64,000 nt of DNA from Macrostomum lignano. Lineage: Eukaryota. The translations under genes and the position numbers were made by a program. Shown piece after piece: positions 37,535 through 50,700 of this stretch (its first letter is position 1; each line of letters begins with the position of its first letter). Location: positions 37,263 to 101,262 of the forward strand of contig NIVC01002288.1 of the NCBI GenBank assembly GCA_002269645.1. Direction: 5' to 3'. Below the pieces are notes generated by a model. The model was not told where the DNA came from and ran no database searches. It saw only the letters and a list, made by a program, of their open reading frames with translations.

Positions 37535-38130
37535 CTACATATAAAAATCAAAACTCTGTCTGTATGTGGACAATTTTGTTCGCTATGGACTCACAAACCG
37601 CTCAACCAAATGACACCAAACTTTACACCCACCCTAAACTCACTACAGAGAATGTCTTAGACTACCTTTAAATTTCCTAGGCTCAAGTCTTCCTACCTAA
37701 AAGTACAAAAAACTGCTCAAAATGCGCAATTTTTTCACTAAATGCTCCATAGCGCCGCTCTACTATTACCGATTCTTTTCAAATTTGACACAGATAATCG
37801 TAAACTATTTTGGCACAATCATGTAAAATTTCGAGTCTCAAAGTTAATCCTGAGTTGTTGTGTGCACTTTTAAAGTTAGGCTGTTTTTTTCAGCAAAGCA
37901 ACCACCCCAACCTCCGCCCGCCTGCCTCTCTTTCCCAATCCCAATCTGGGCCCAGATGTGTAAAAGGGTTTCAAAATTGACTAACTTTCAGCTGCCATAA
38001 GTTTGCTCCACGTAAAGCGATTGACTTCAAACTTGACACAATTCTTCATTGACTCATTCTTTATCTAAATGTAAAGTTTCAACTCTGTAACTCAACCGAA
38101 AAAGAAACTGTAAGCATGTGAAGTTTGTCT
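37535..38130 (+). mobile_element. Possible non-autonomous Helitron fragment
   Basis: Starts A|TCTCTACATATAAAAATCAAAACTCTGTCTGTATGT..ATGGACTCACAAACCGC, typical of Helitron 5' ends as I recall them; no 3' end found. Confidence 0.35.
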
Positions 38131-38688
38131 GCTTTTTCTGTTGTTTGTGCCACTCACTCATTCCCCCAGAGCCAGACGAAGGGTCAGGCGTTAGGGCTCA
38201 ATGTACATAGCGAATGTACAGTGTTTTGGAATAACTTTTTAATAGCCTTCTCTGCACCCCGAGAGTGGAGAGGCGTGGAGAGGAGAGACAGTTTCAGCGA
38301 GAGATTCAAACCACTGTCCTCTGTATAGACACAAGTCTGCAGCAGTTTAACAGTAGATGGCAAACAGGCAAATCAAGGCGATGCGGGGTGGTTTGTAAAA
38401 ATAGCGAAAAATTAATGAATAACTTATTACAATGCAATCCTACTAAATTAGTTACACCATGAAGCTTTTAACATTAAGTTTTGCATAGGGTAACTTTAAA
38501 ATTTAAATGACTCCTAAGAAATGCGTATTTCCTTGGTTGTTAGACTGCTGCAGAGTGCAGACTGTGGTGGTGGAGCTGGAGATACACAAATTCCTCTCAG
38601 GGCTGCTAATTGACCAGAAAGGTGACGTGATTAAAAGCATGAGAAATGATAACCATGATAGTACCGTCCCACAAACTGGCTTTCGAAG

Positions 38689-39077
38689 CAGGGATCGGTA
38701 GATTTTTAACTCAAAGGCCATATAAAGAATCCAACTCATGGCTGCGGGCCAGATGAGAGTGAAAAAGAAAAGGAAAAGACTATTAGAAAGAGAGGAAGGG
38801 CGAGAGGGGGGGTAAGAGAAAAGATATAAGATAACAGGAGAGATGAGTGGGGTGAGGACAATGAGAGAGCAGAGAATATGGGAGGAGGAAGCGAGAGGAG
38901 GGGAGACAGGAGGGAGAGGAAAGAGTAGAGGAGAGAAGAGGATTAGAGAAGAGGGGAGAGATGAGACAGAGGATCGATGAGAGAGGAGAGTAGAGAAGAG
39001 TGAGAAGAGAATAGAGAACAGAGAGGAGATAGAAGGGGAGAGAGAGGTAGAGAAGAGTGAGAAGAGAGGAGATAAGA

Positions 39078-39154
<77 letters not shown>

Positions 39155-40240
39155 GAGAAAGAAGAGAGGAGAAAGGAGAGATGATAGAGTAAAGGGAAGA
39201 AGAGGAGAGAGAAAATAGATGAGAGAGATGAAAGGACAGATGAGAGGGTAGAGATGAGAGATGAAGGAAGAGAGAGCAGAGTGCAGACACAAGAGAAGAG
39301 AATAGAGGGGAGAGAGTATAGAAGAGGGAAGAGAGGATTCAGTAGAGGGGAAAGAGAAGAGTACACAGGAGAGTGGAGAGTAAAGATGACAGAAGAGAGA
39401 AGGGGTAGAGAGCAAAGATGAGAGTGAACACGATATATGAGAGGAGAGAGGAGAGTGAAGAGAGAAGAGAGAAGACAAGAGAGGGAGAGAATAGAAGAGG
39501 GAAGAGAAGAGAAGGGAAAAGGAGAAAGGAAAGAGAGGAGTCAAAAGAGGGGAAAGAGAAGAGTACAGATGAGAGAGGTGAGAAAACATACGAGTATAAG
39601 AGAGTAAAGATGGCAGATGAGAGAGGGGAGATGAGAGACCAGAGACGAGAGTGAACAGACGAGAGATGGGAGAGTGGAGAGAAAAAAGGATAGAAATAAG
39701 AGATGAGAGGTGAGACAAAGGGAGAAGTGAGTGAGGAGAGAGGAGGGGAGGGGAGAGAACCGAGAGGACAGGGGAAAGAGAGAAAGGACGAGAGAGGAGA
39801 GGAAACAGGGGAGAGATTAGAGGAGAAAGAGAGATGAGAGGAGAGAGAGGGGGAGAGAGAGAGGAGAGAGAGAGGGAAAGAGAGAGAAGAGAACATGCAG
39901 AAAGAATAAGAAGAGAGAAGAGAGAAAAGATAAAAGAAGAGATAGATAAGAGAGCAAAGACGAGAGAGAAAAGAGGTGAGGGAAGAGACAATAGAAAAGA
40001 GGAGAGAGGAGAGAGGAAAGAAGAGAGGAGAGAGAGGAGAGAGTAGAGAGTAGAGAGGAGGGAAGAGAGGAGGGATAAAAGAATAGAAGGGAGAGGGAAT
40101 AGACAAGATAATAGGGGATAGAGGAGAGAGAGAAGAGACAGAGACAAGAGAGAGAGGAGAGGAAACAGAAGAGAAGATCTAAGTTTCTAAGGATCCAAGG
40201 GACATAAGGAGAGGAAGAGGCCAGAGTTTGCCTATTCGCA
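38689..40240. mobile_element. hAT-like non-autonomous element with a ~1.4-kb GA-rich core
   Basis: Left end CAGGGATCGGTAGATTTTT..GGCCATAT..GCGGGCCAGAT; degenerate right end GAGTTTGCC..; polypurine interior 38760-40170 including (GA)n; no TSD found. Confidence 0.5.
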
Positions 40241-40870
40241 GTACCCCAGCCAACAATATAAATGTTTGCCTCAAATCCTAATTTTTCACGAATGTACTTT
40301 ATTTTATGTTTAATTCTAACCTAACTATTAACAAGTTTTTGTTTGAGTTTGACCTCAGATTTTAGAATACGAGTACATGCAAAAATAGTTCTAAGGAATG
40401 GAAATTCCCCGGGTTCAAAATCCGCGGGTTTCAACAGCTTGTCTATACTATAAAATAAATAATAGGCGTATAAAAACATTTTTAAAAATCATCTAATCAT
40501 AAAAACATAGTCATATTGACTTGAAGATATTTTTTTAATTGTCTTCAGGACTATTAGATGTCCAAATATTATATAAAGGGTTATAAAATTTTATTTGTTT
40601 GTCTAAAATATTGGGAAAACAAAATTACATATGCAAAAATGATATCTTCACTATAAATGTTTGGATAACTTGCAAATCTAGATTGTAATAAGTAGTAAAG
40701 AATATATTAACCATATTTCTAGCAATAAAAATGGTTCTAACAATAGAAACAATAGAAAAATAAGTTTAATATATATAAAACTAAATTTATTTTCTTTTTT
40801 AGTCACTTAATTTATTGGTTGATAAAAGATTGTAGACAAAGTGACTAGGCTTATACATCATAAGGTTAGT

Positions 40871-42181
40871 GGCTATCCTGCAAAATCATTTGTTAAATTA
40901 TTTTCTCAATGGAAATAACTTGCATCTTAACTCTATAGTTTACAATAATGTAAAAAAGTAACATTGAAACAATAGAATGTAAACTAGATGCCGAAGTAGT
41001 TTGTTATAGTCATGTCTTTATGTACTTCATATATTCAAAATGGGTAGCAGTGGACAAACTAGTATAGAAATTTGCCAAATATGTTCTGCTAGAACTGTTG
41101 CTGTCACAAATACTCATATAGGTACAATTCAAATAGTCCATCAGCCATCCCATGCATATGGCAAAACTGGGACTTGCAGTGCACCCATGTCCCCTTAATC
41201 TGGTTGGTATGCACTATTGGGTCATTTGGATCCACAAAGTTAAAGTGGTGGTTCACAAACATATGGTTTGGCATTTAGTTATAGGCCTGCCAACTATTGG
41301 TTATAATCCTTGTTCTAGGCAGGACATGCTGTTGAATGATAGGCACTAGCATCTCAGCCTAGCAGTCAGGAACAATAAGCATGGCACAGCAGTTTGAACC
41401 CCTTTCAACCATGCCAAGTACTCAATGGCCCTCTCAGTATTGCCCAATGTTACTTGTAGTGAAAAAAATTGCTCTTATCTATCTTCAGTGTTGGGGCCCC
41501 AATTTGCATTATGTGGTTCATAAGGTACTGTGCACAAATATCATGACAGAAGTTTGCCCAGTCAGCAACAGTATGCCACAAGTCAATCTGGCATTCTTGC
41601 ATAATATCTTGCAGCCTAGTATGCATGGACCATAGATAAACCTGATAAACTTCTTTGCATGGCACAAGTTGCAAGAACAAGCTTACCAATCCAGAAAACA
41701 TATATTAACACAAAGCTATAGCTTCATGGCAGCGCATGATCACCTCCACTATCTCTAGGGCCACCACAATGGCATCTCTGCTCATTGGATATCAGGTGGT
41801 ACGTTGCTAGCCACTGCATGTTAGCTTGCATGTCAGCTGTCATTGCAGCAATTCTGCGAAATGTAACAGTTCCATGTTCATTAGTTCTAATGCTAGGTGA
41901 ATATCTTAAGATGGCACAATCCACATTAGGGCAGAAGGTTTAGTCATATTGAAGTAAAGAGTACTTAAATCCTAATATTCTCAGTTTAGCAGCTAGTTTC
42001 TAACCCCAAGCCTATCTCCCTTTAAATGCACAGAGTTGATATTGATGTAATGATTTTGGCCATAGTCATATTTTTGGCATTGCAGTTCATGCTATGCCAC
42101 TATAATTTTTGGAATTATAAACATACTAATATGCAAATTCAAATAGAAAAATAATTTAACAAACAATTCTACAGGATAGTT
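40871..42181 (-). mobile_element. Decayed full-length Merlin DNA transposon (1311 bp)
   Basis: TIRs GGCTATCCTGCAAAATCATTTGTTAAATTAT / ATAATTTAACAAACAATTCTACAGGATAGTT; 8-bp TSD AGGTTAGT/GGGTTAGT; ISXO2-like transposase remnant inside. Confidence 0.85.
41090..41924 (-). pseudogene. Merlin/ISXO2-like DDE transposase pseudogene
   Basis: Segments WLATYHLISNEQRCHCGG, YLWS..TVADWANFCHDICAQYL..QIGAPTLKIDKS, LVPIIQQHVLPRTRIITNSWQAYN and VNHHFNFVDP..VHTNQIKGTWVHCK..LFELYLYEYL*; multiple stops and frameshifts. Confidence 0.85.
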
Positions 42182-42607
42182 GGGTTAGTATCTGACAATA
42201 AAAAGCTTTATGCTTTAAAATTAAATAGCTAGGCACTACCCAATTATCCATAGTTTATATAACCTAGCAAAGCCAAAACCAGAAATTTGCTATATATTTA
42301 ACACCAAAATTATATACAAACATGTTGAGAAAGTATAAGAGAGATATAAGAAAGTATAAGAAAGTATAAGTTTTGCTTGACAAAACTAGTATTAAAAAAA
42401 CAATTTTGAAATACATGCAAAGAATAGGCCTACTGCATGTTTTTGATATTTTTGTTTCATATGGCAATCCTTTAGTTTCCTGCTCTAAATTATTAAAACC
42501 CTGGAGGACCAATGGGCCTGCTACAACATGTTGGCCAACTATCTAACAGTCATTTGTTACACTTCCAAGATGCCAACAACCTAGCAGCTCATACAAATAC
42601 TATAGAG

Positions 42608-42779
42608 CATGTTTGGGTGCAACCTAGGGATTCACTTGGCCGTTTCTATTGGCAACACACGCATGTAAGTCACTACTGGACAGAATAGTAGTCACGTGAT
42701 TGCTTTCAGCCAATAGCAACTTACATATGTGTGTTGCCAATAGAAACGGCTGGGTGATTCCCAAGGTTGCGCATGTATA
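42608..42779. mobile_element. 172-bp fold-back MITE of the CATAC-terminus family
   Basis: Arms are inverted repeats, the right end is GGTTGCGCATGTATA, and the 8-bp TSD CTATAGAG is present at 42600-42607 and 42780-42787. Confidence 0.75.
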
Positions 42780-43194
42780 CTATAGAGGGAATGTGGGACA
42801 ACTGCAAAGCCAAGTTTTGAGCTATGCATGGAACCAGCAAAAATTTGTTCAAAACATACCTGCACGAGTTCATGTAGCACCAGGCTTTCCCCCATCAGCA
42901 CTTCAGCAATATCCTCTATTGGATGACATTATTACCCTATGACTATGTAAAACTGTGAATTTGTTGTATTCAATGAGTTCATTTGTATGTTATTCATCAT
43001 ATGCTATAGATATTTGTATGTATATAGCAAGAACTCTGTGAGCTTGTTGGATTTTAAAAGTTCAAAAAGGGGTTTAAATAATTTAGAGTAGGAAACTAAA
43101 AGATCACTATTTCATACAAATATATCTATTTTAAATTTAGAACTTTTTTTGTAAAATAATCTCAAAACTCTATTTATAATTTATTTAAATATTA

Positions 43195-44020
43195 GGCAAT
43201 CTTCAAGTTTCGTTCGTTAAATTATTTTTTCAATGATTTCTTAACTATCTTGCTCTGAGATGATTATTTTCGAGCATTCCAGTGTACCCAGCCCTTTCCT
43301 AGTTGAGAAAGTAGCAGTTTTGTTAATATTATATATCTAATGTACCATAAAGCCGTTGGTAGGCAAAGGAATGTCTATGGCCCATATTACGGTAACGTAA
43401 TGATGACGTGGCTTTCACTGACGTGGCATTTTAGCAAAGAACGTCTATGGGAAATAAAGATGCTACTATAGGCAGCTTTAGGAGTGGCATGGAGTAATAT
43501 CATAAGCAGTTAATAGACAAGCAGCTAATACACTATAAGACTAATGGCTATCCTGTAGTTTCGCACGTTAAATTATTTTATGGAATTATTTTGCCCTCTA
43601 TTCAAGGGTGGTGCTGGTGGGGGGTTGGGGTTATAATTAAACGTGCGAAACTACAGGATAGCCAGACTAATACATTATGGCAGGACGACCAGTGGCACCC
43701 ACTTTTATTATACCTGTAGCACAAGTGCAACCAGTTGCAGCTTTGTGCGACATCACCTTGACAATGCGGGAACTGGCTGTGATTATGGCAACTATTGATT
43801 ACTGTGTCTGTTTGTACTCAGCGTTACATGTTAGCTTTGCTTGTTTGCATCTTATATTTCCAGCTTTATGGTACCTTAGAGGTTAATATTAACAAAGCTG
43901 CTACTTTCTCAGCTAGGAAAGGGCTGGGTACTCTGGAGAGCTCGAAAATAATCATCTCAGAGCAAGATAGTTCAGAAATCATTGAAAAAATAATTTAATG
44001 AACGAAACTTGAAGATTGCC
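43195..44020. mobile_element. Non-autonomous Merlin-type element (826 bp, ~160-bp TIRs)
   Basis: TIR GGCAATCTTCAAGTTTCGTTCGTTAAATTATTTTTTC..; perfect 8-bp TSD AAATATTA (43187-43194, 44021-44028). Confidence 0.88.
43546..43663. mobile_element. 118-bp Merlin MITE nested in the 826-bp element
   Basis: Perfect TIR GGCTATCCTGTAGTTTCGCACGTT / AACGTGCGAAACTACAGGATAGCC; perfect 8-bp TSD AGACTAAT. Confidence 0.92.
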
Positions 44021-44538
44021 AAATATTATATTATTAAGAATATTAGGCTCAATGATAAGTAAAGAATCCATACTTGACCTACTCTTTTTGATATTCTAGA
44101 TACATGCTGTAGAGACTATATACTCAGAATATTATTAGCACTATCTATTGGATAGACTTCTTAAGTAACAAGGCAGCTAAAATTATAGTCTGGACTAGAC
44201 TATACTATACTTGTTTGAATCTGCTACACTTAAAAACACTCGTTATTTTTTACTGAATTTCTAAAATCTTAAATAGTTATCATTAAGAATTAGCATACAT
44301 AGAGAGCTGTATCCCTAAAAAAGCTTACAATTTAGCTTAAATTTTAGCTTTTTAAATTTACTACTATTTTAAGGCAGCTAAAATACTTACCGTTTTAAAT
44401 TTGCTACACATGAAAATTAAATTATTATAACAAATACAATACCAAACAGAATAAAAAACGAAATAACTTAGAAAAATATTTTTTCTCAAAGCAGAAAGTG
44501 TACCTTTAAGATACACGCGTTGTTAAAAGCGTTTTTTG

Positions 44539-44590
44539 TATAAAAGTTTAAAGCTGTTTAAATTAAAAAAATCGCAGCACTTTCTCTTCA
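44539..44590 (+). promoter_or_regulatory. Candidate TATA plus TCT/5'TOP-type start for eEF1B
   Basis: TATAAAA at 44539 and the pyrimidine run CTTTCTCTTC at 44580, ~145 nt before the ATG; translation-factor genes commonly use TCT/TOP starts. The spacing (41 nt) is longer than canonical. Confidence 0.3.
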
Positions 44591-44723
44591 CTGTCGATTT
44601 ATTTTATAGCTGGACATTAATAATAGGGCCTAACAGTGTTATTTCTTATTATTGAATATTGTGTGCATCGTGCATTTTGGTTGTGCTTTCTTAAGTTTAA
44701 TATTTTTGTCTGGTGGAAAAATA

Positions 44724-47700
44724 ATGTCTTTCGGAGATCTTAAAACTGAGGGGGCTGTTAAGAAACTTAATGCCTACCTAGCTGACAAAAGCTACATTGA
44801 AGGGTAAGAGTAGTCTTTTGAGTTCAATTCATTCGTTTTTGTTTAAATAAGAATTTTTATTCTATACTTTTGCGTGCACTTTCTTATTAACTGACAAGAC
44901 GTTTAATTGCACTTTATTAAAAAGACCATATCTTTACCTATGTATAGGCTAGTACATTTTGTATGCCAAATTCAATTATTTAAGGTTCTAGCATGCAAAA
45001 TATATATATTAATCAACTATGAAAAATTAATGCATGCTAGAAAATAAGAAAATTCTGGCATATAGGACATCTTCCTATGGTATAACCATAGTCTATGGCA
45101 TAGGCCTAGGCATTAATGAATGAGTGCAAAAGTTGATTATTATATATTTTGATATAATATGTATAACTATATGGTATAGGTACTGTTACTTTTGTGGGTA
45201 TAACATTCATTATCTAGCATCAATTTTAAAAATTCAAAAAGCAGTCTACAGAAAAGATTTGCTACAATCAGTTCATAAAATTTTAATTCACAGGAAGCTA
45301 TAGAACGAGAGCTACAATTAAAATAAACACTACTTTTGGGACACCCCTCGCATACATGCGCAACTTCTGAAATTACGCTGGCCGTGCGACTTAGTTTTCG
45401 ATAAAAAATGCGACTTACCTATGAAAGAGCCAAGCAAAAACTTTAGGTAAACGGCAGGAGTAACTATGACCATATTTTTAAAGCTAAATGCCTCGCCAGC
45501 TAATTAGTGCTGCGTGCAGATTCCGCGTTTTTATAACAGCTAATCAGTGTCATCTAGTGGCGGCATGAAGCAATTAGTAAATTGTTAGTACAGTGTAGTG
45601 AGCATACTACAAAAGTCATGATTCATGAATGTCCATAAGTAAGTGAAGTGAATACAGTGTGACCTATAGCTTAAGAATGATTTGCTAGACAATTTGGCAT
45701 GGAAGATGAGAGCCCTGATTCAGATGGCTCATCAGATGCAGAATACGAATCCAGTAGAGATACAAGCTATGAAAACCCACAGATTTTTAAACCACTGAAT
45801 TCTAATTCCCGGAACTATTTTTGCATAGATTCTAAATTTGAAGTCATGCTCAAACAAAAACTTGTTAACAGTTAGGAAAAAGGCAAAGATGGGAGCAATG
45901 CATGTTAAACTAAGATTTGAGGCCTTTGCAAATTCTCTCTATTCCTCAATCTTCTCATCCTCTTTTTCTTTTCTCTCTCATCCCTTATCCCTTCTCTCTT
46001 TCCTCTCCTCTCTCCTCTCTTTCCTCTCCTCTCCTATCTCTTCTGTCTCCTCTCTACATTCTTATCTCTCCTCTCGTCTCTCTCCATTCCACTCTACTCT
46101 CTCATCTTATCTCTCCTCTCTTTTCTACTCTCTCATCTCTCCTCTCTTCACTCTCCTCTCATCTCCTCTTTATCCTCTCTTCTCTCATCTACTCTCTCCT
46201 CTTTCCTCTTTCTTCTGATCTCATCCATCATCTTTTCTTTCCTCTTTCCTCTCATCTCCTCTTCTCTCTCATCTCTTTTTCCTCCCTCAGCTTTTCTCTC
46301 CTTTTCTATCTTTTCTCCCATCGCATCGCTTGCCTCTCCTCTGTTTGCTTATCTCTAATCTTCTATTCCCTCTACTTTGAAGTAAGAAAATATGCACATA
46401 TTTTTGCTGAAGATAAGAGGAGAGAAGAGGGCATTGAGGAGAAAGGGTAGAGAGAAAGGGGGAGAAGAGAGGAGAGTAAAAATGAGAGGAGAGAGAAGAG
46501 GGAAAAGGGGGAGAGAGAGAAGAGGGGAGGCAAGGTAGAGAAGAAGAGAGAGATGAGAGTTGAAGAGACACCAACCTTGCTACTCGTAGTTAGGAAGTTT
46601 CAAAGAACCCGAGGGGCGAGGGCCAGATAGAGGGGCTTCGCGAGCCGGAGTTTGCCGACCCCTGCTCCAGAGTTTAAGAAATCAATGGGAAACTGTTGAC
46701 GCGGGCTTCTGATTTCAAAGATCTTGTCTGTTGTTGAAGGCTTCTATTCTGTTTTTGCTCTCCTGCCACACTTGCACCTACTACCCCCTGATTGCCTCTG
46801 ATTGTGACTTACTTCCCTCTTATTGCAACTTAGTTGCTTCTTTTTGCGACTTACCTAATCCTTTTTGCGACTTACCTAATCCTTTTGCGACTTACCTAAT
46901 CCTTTTGTGACTTACCTAACCCTTTTGCGACTTACCTAATCCTTTTTGCGACTTACCTAACCCTTTTGCGACTTACCTAATCCTTTTTGCGACTTACCTA
47001 ATCCTTATGCGACTTACCTAATCCTTTTGCGACTTACCTAACCCTTTTGCGACTTACCTAATCCTTTTTGCGACTTACTTAATCCTTTTTGCGACTTACC
47101 TAATCCTTTTTGCGAGTTACCTAATCCTTTTGCGACTTAGCTGATCCTTTTGCGACTTACCTGATTCTTTTTGCGACTTACCTAATCCTTTTTGCAACTT
47201 ACCTAATCCTTTTTGGGACTTACCTAATCCTTTTTGGGACTTACCTAATCCTTTTTGGGACTTACCTAACCCTTTTGCGACTTACCTGATTCCTGTTGCG
47301 ACTTACCAGTACCTGATTATTTTTACAACTTAGTTTGCTTCTTTTGCGAATTGTTTTTCTTTTGCTTCACGATTTTCCCTGAACTGCTCTTTCTTTCGCT
47401 TTCCTCTTGCCTTTCTTGGTTCTTGTGTTTTTCTGTTTTTGGTTGACTCAATTTTGCGACTTACCCCTGGTCAACCACGATTTACGGTGGCCGGATCAGC
47501 CAGGTCGGCCAGCAGTTGCGCGTGTATGACCCCTCGTATGTTAGTATCTATCTAAAAAGCCCACTAAGTAGTTGGTGCAGATAGCATGGTGTAGATATAG
47601 TTGAACCCAAATAAGGCACTTAATGGTTAAAGACCTTTAACACCAAGCAGATTAGATTTATCATGAAAAAGAATATATTGTCTATATTTGGCCATCCTCT

Positions 47701-50700
47701 TTTAGCCAATATTGTCACATCTTGCAAGCAGTGGACCTTTAGCTAAATGTAGCCTTTTTAGCAAGTCATTGATGCAACTTTTTTGTTTCACTAGATTTTT
47801 TACCATCCCTGGGCCATGCCATTGTGGTTTGGTCTGCGGTCATTTCATCTGCCGCCTTTTTGTCTGCCAAAGAATTTTAGCAGACGAAACGACTTTTTTA
47901 TTTATGTTTATTTTGGTTCACTTATTTAGTATTTTTTATGTAGGGAATTAAAATAAATTAGTATAAGCAAGTTTTAAGTATGTTTTCTTATTTATATTGA
48001 TACATTTTGTTTTTCTTCATTTTCTACGAAACCTAACTAACCTATATAATACTTTTGACGCATCGATGCATGTGTGCCTACAATTTCGATTGCTCCTTAC
48101 ATTTTACACTTTGTGCATTTAAGCTAGTTGTATTCGTGAATAAATTGCATATGAGTTTACATACACGAAAAAAAAGAAAGTTGGAAGGAAACTAAACAGT
48201 TGGAGATATTTGCTTCTGGCTTTGTGTATTTATATGCAACATATTAGCTCCGGAACTTTCAGAAAAATCCTAGCATTATAAAAAATTACAATTAATAAGA
48301 CATTTACATTACACTTCCATGCGAAGCTTGATGACATAATTAGTTATTCCGATTTATATATTATATATATTGGCAGACGAAACAACTATATTGTATATTG
48401 GCAGACAAAAAGGTGGTAGACGAAAAGGTGGCAGACGAAATGACCGTCAACCTGTGGTTCTATCTAGATATAACATTTGTCACAACTACAAACAGCATTG
48501 AATCATTTCCTTCCCAATGCATCAACATATGCAGAGGCATCAAAGATAGCCAATAGTAGATATAAATGCAGATGACAAGGTTGACCACTGCTATCAGTGT
48601 GCTCAAAACCAGGATATAGAAGACTGTTGAGCTTGCAAATAGCCAATGGCAGAAAATAGCTGCAGTCAACTTCTTTTTTCTAGTCTACAAGCTATATACC
48701 AAAGCATGCTTATGTTTTAGCTTGTCAGAAATTTTATTAATGCTAATATAAACTAGGCAGCATTCAGTATTTGCAGTCAAATGCACAGGAAAAGCATATG
48801 TCAAGTCATACATGCGCAACCTCCAAAATTCGGTTGGCCATGCGACTTAGTTTTAACAAAAATGCAACGTAGTTTTTGGCCAAAAATGCAACTTACATGT
48901 AAAAAACCCTAACGCAAAATTAACGCAACTTTGGGTAAACGGCAGGAATAACTATGACTGTCTTATTAAGTCAAAATGCCTCATCAGCTACTTAGTACTA
49001 CTACTTAGCTTTTCTTTCGGGTGGGCATTTTTGCAACTTTCTTGGTTGGCCGCCAAATTGGTTGGCCGGATTGGCCAACTTGGCTGACTGTTGCGCATGT
49101 ATGTGTCAAGTCACATTGGCTATCCAGAAACATATTCTTAGCAAATTTTTTGTATAAGATACTATTCATTAAATTAAAGTATTAGGGCTAGTTCCCTCTA
49201 TAAGATCTTTTGAAAATACAATAGCATCAAAAAATTAGCAGATTCTAGTTTATAACATAAATGTTTATAGATGTTGAAAACCCACAATTGACCTATTTCA
49301 ATGGACTTATAATTTGTAAACTTTGTATCTAAGCCTTGAATGTATCCACATATAGCATGTCTAAAATTGTTGCAAACAGTACAATAAACTATTGAACTAT
49401 ATATAGTGTTCATTGATTTAGCCAGGTTGGTAAATTTATATAAAGTTTTGGGCAGTTGGTTGTCTAGCATTGGAATCCCTAAAATATGCAATAGTTATTT
49501 CTGATTTTCCTTAGTCTATTTGGCTTCTATAGTGAATCTACTTATCATTGTAATGGCTTCATAAATGGTGACAATGGAACATTGCAAGGTGAGTTCATAT
49601 GGCAGTCTATAGTCAAACCATCAATAGCAAAGTTACTAATTAAGCCAATAGCATAGCATCACTTGCAATGCCATTAATGTTTGTCCTATCATTAACTGAG
49701 ACACTGTTGTTGTCAGAGCCATTGTTGCTATCATCAGAGTTGTTGCTACTATTGTCAGCTATTGTTGCTATTGTCAAAGCCATTGTTATCATCAGAGCCA
49801 TTGATGCTATTGTTAGAGCAGTTGTTGCTATCATTAAAGCCGTCTCTACTATTGTCAAAGCCATCATTTCTGTTGTCAGAACTACTTTATTGCTAGAAAT
49901 ATTCTCTACTAATTATAATCTGGAGCTTTTGTTGTGCACCTGACTCTAAGCTTCTTGCATCCTGGTGCATCTTTACCCATGCTCACATTGGATAAAGATC
50001 AATCAATGTAGCTTTCCTTGCAAAAGCATGATTGTGCTTTTAATATACCAAAACTACAAACTGCTTGTCTGCAAGGCTTACCTATGCCAGATTTGGTGGC
50101 TTTGCTTAATTGCAAAAGTTGCTAGCATATGAGTGAGTATCAGTCTCTCATTTAATGTAGCTAAAAAATTTAGTCAACCATCTATGATATACTTATGAAG
50201 ATATAAAATGCACTGCATTGCATCAGCCAGAATAAAAATCAATTGAGAATTCTATGCCTAAAATTGACTATATGGAGTAACTTGCTTGCAAGCTGATAAC
50301 TAAATCATGTCAAATTATTGTAAAAACTAGTCTTGCAATTAGTAAAGAGTAATTTCATTAAAAAAAGCCTAAAAGTTGAGTCTCAATTTGGCAACATAAA
50401 TAAATAGAGGAAAAATTGTACAACTTTTGAAAAAAAGCGGTGCAATAAGATAATGTCATAACTGTTATATATTTATATACTTGTTACACTTAAGAACATT
50501 TTAAGCAAATGAATATCCCTTAAATAACTGAAATTTGATCCAAAAATCTATGCTCTCTTTCAGTGGTTTCTTTTGTAGATTCTGAAAGAACCGCAGAAGT
50601 GTTTGGCAATGCTGGAATCTCTGAAAGAAACTGCCAAGTGATTTCTTGGGCAGGTTTTAGGTAGTTTATTGTGCTTAGAATTATCCATTTTGAAGGTTTA

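Larger units (their letters stand above)
45351..47528. mobile_element. 2178-bp non-autonomous DNA transposon with CATAC termini and 8-bp TSD (P- or hAT-like), eEF1B intron 1
   Basis: Ends CATACATGCGCAAC / GTTGCGCGTGTATG; perfect TSD ACCCCTCG (45343-45350, 47529-47536). Confidence 0.88.
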
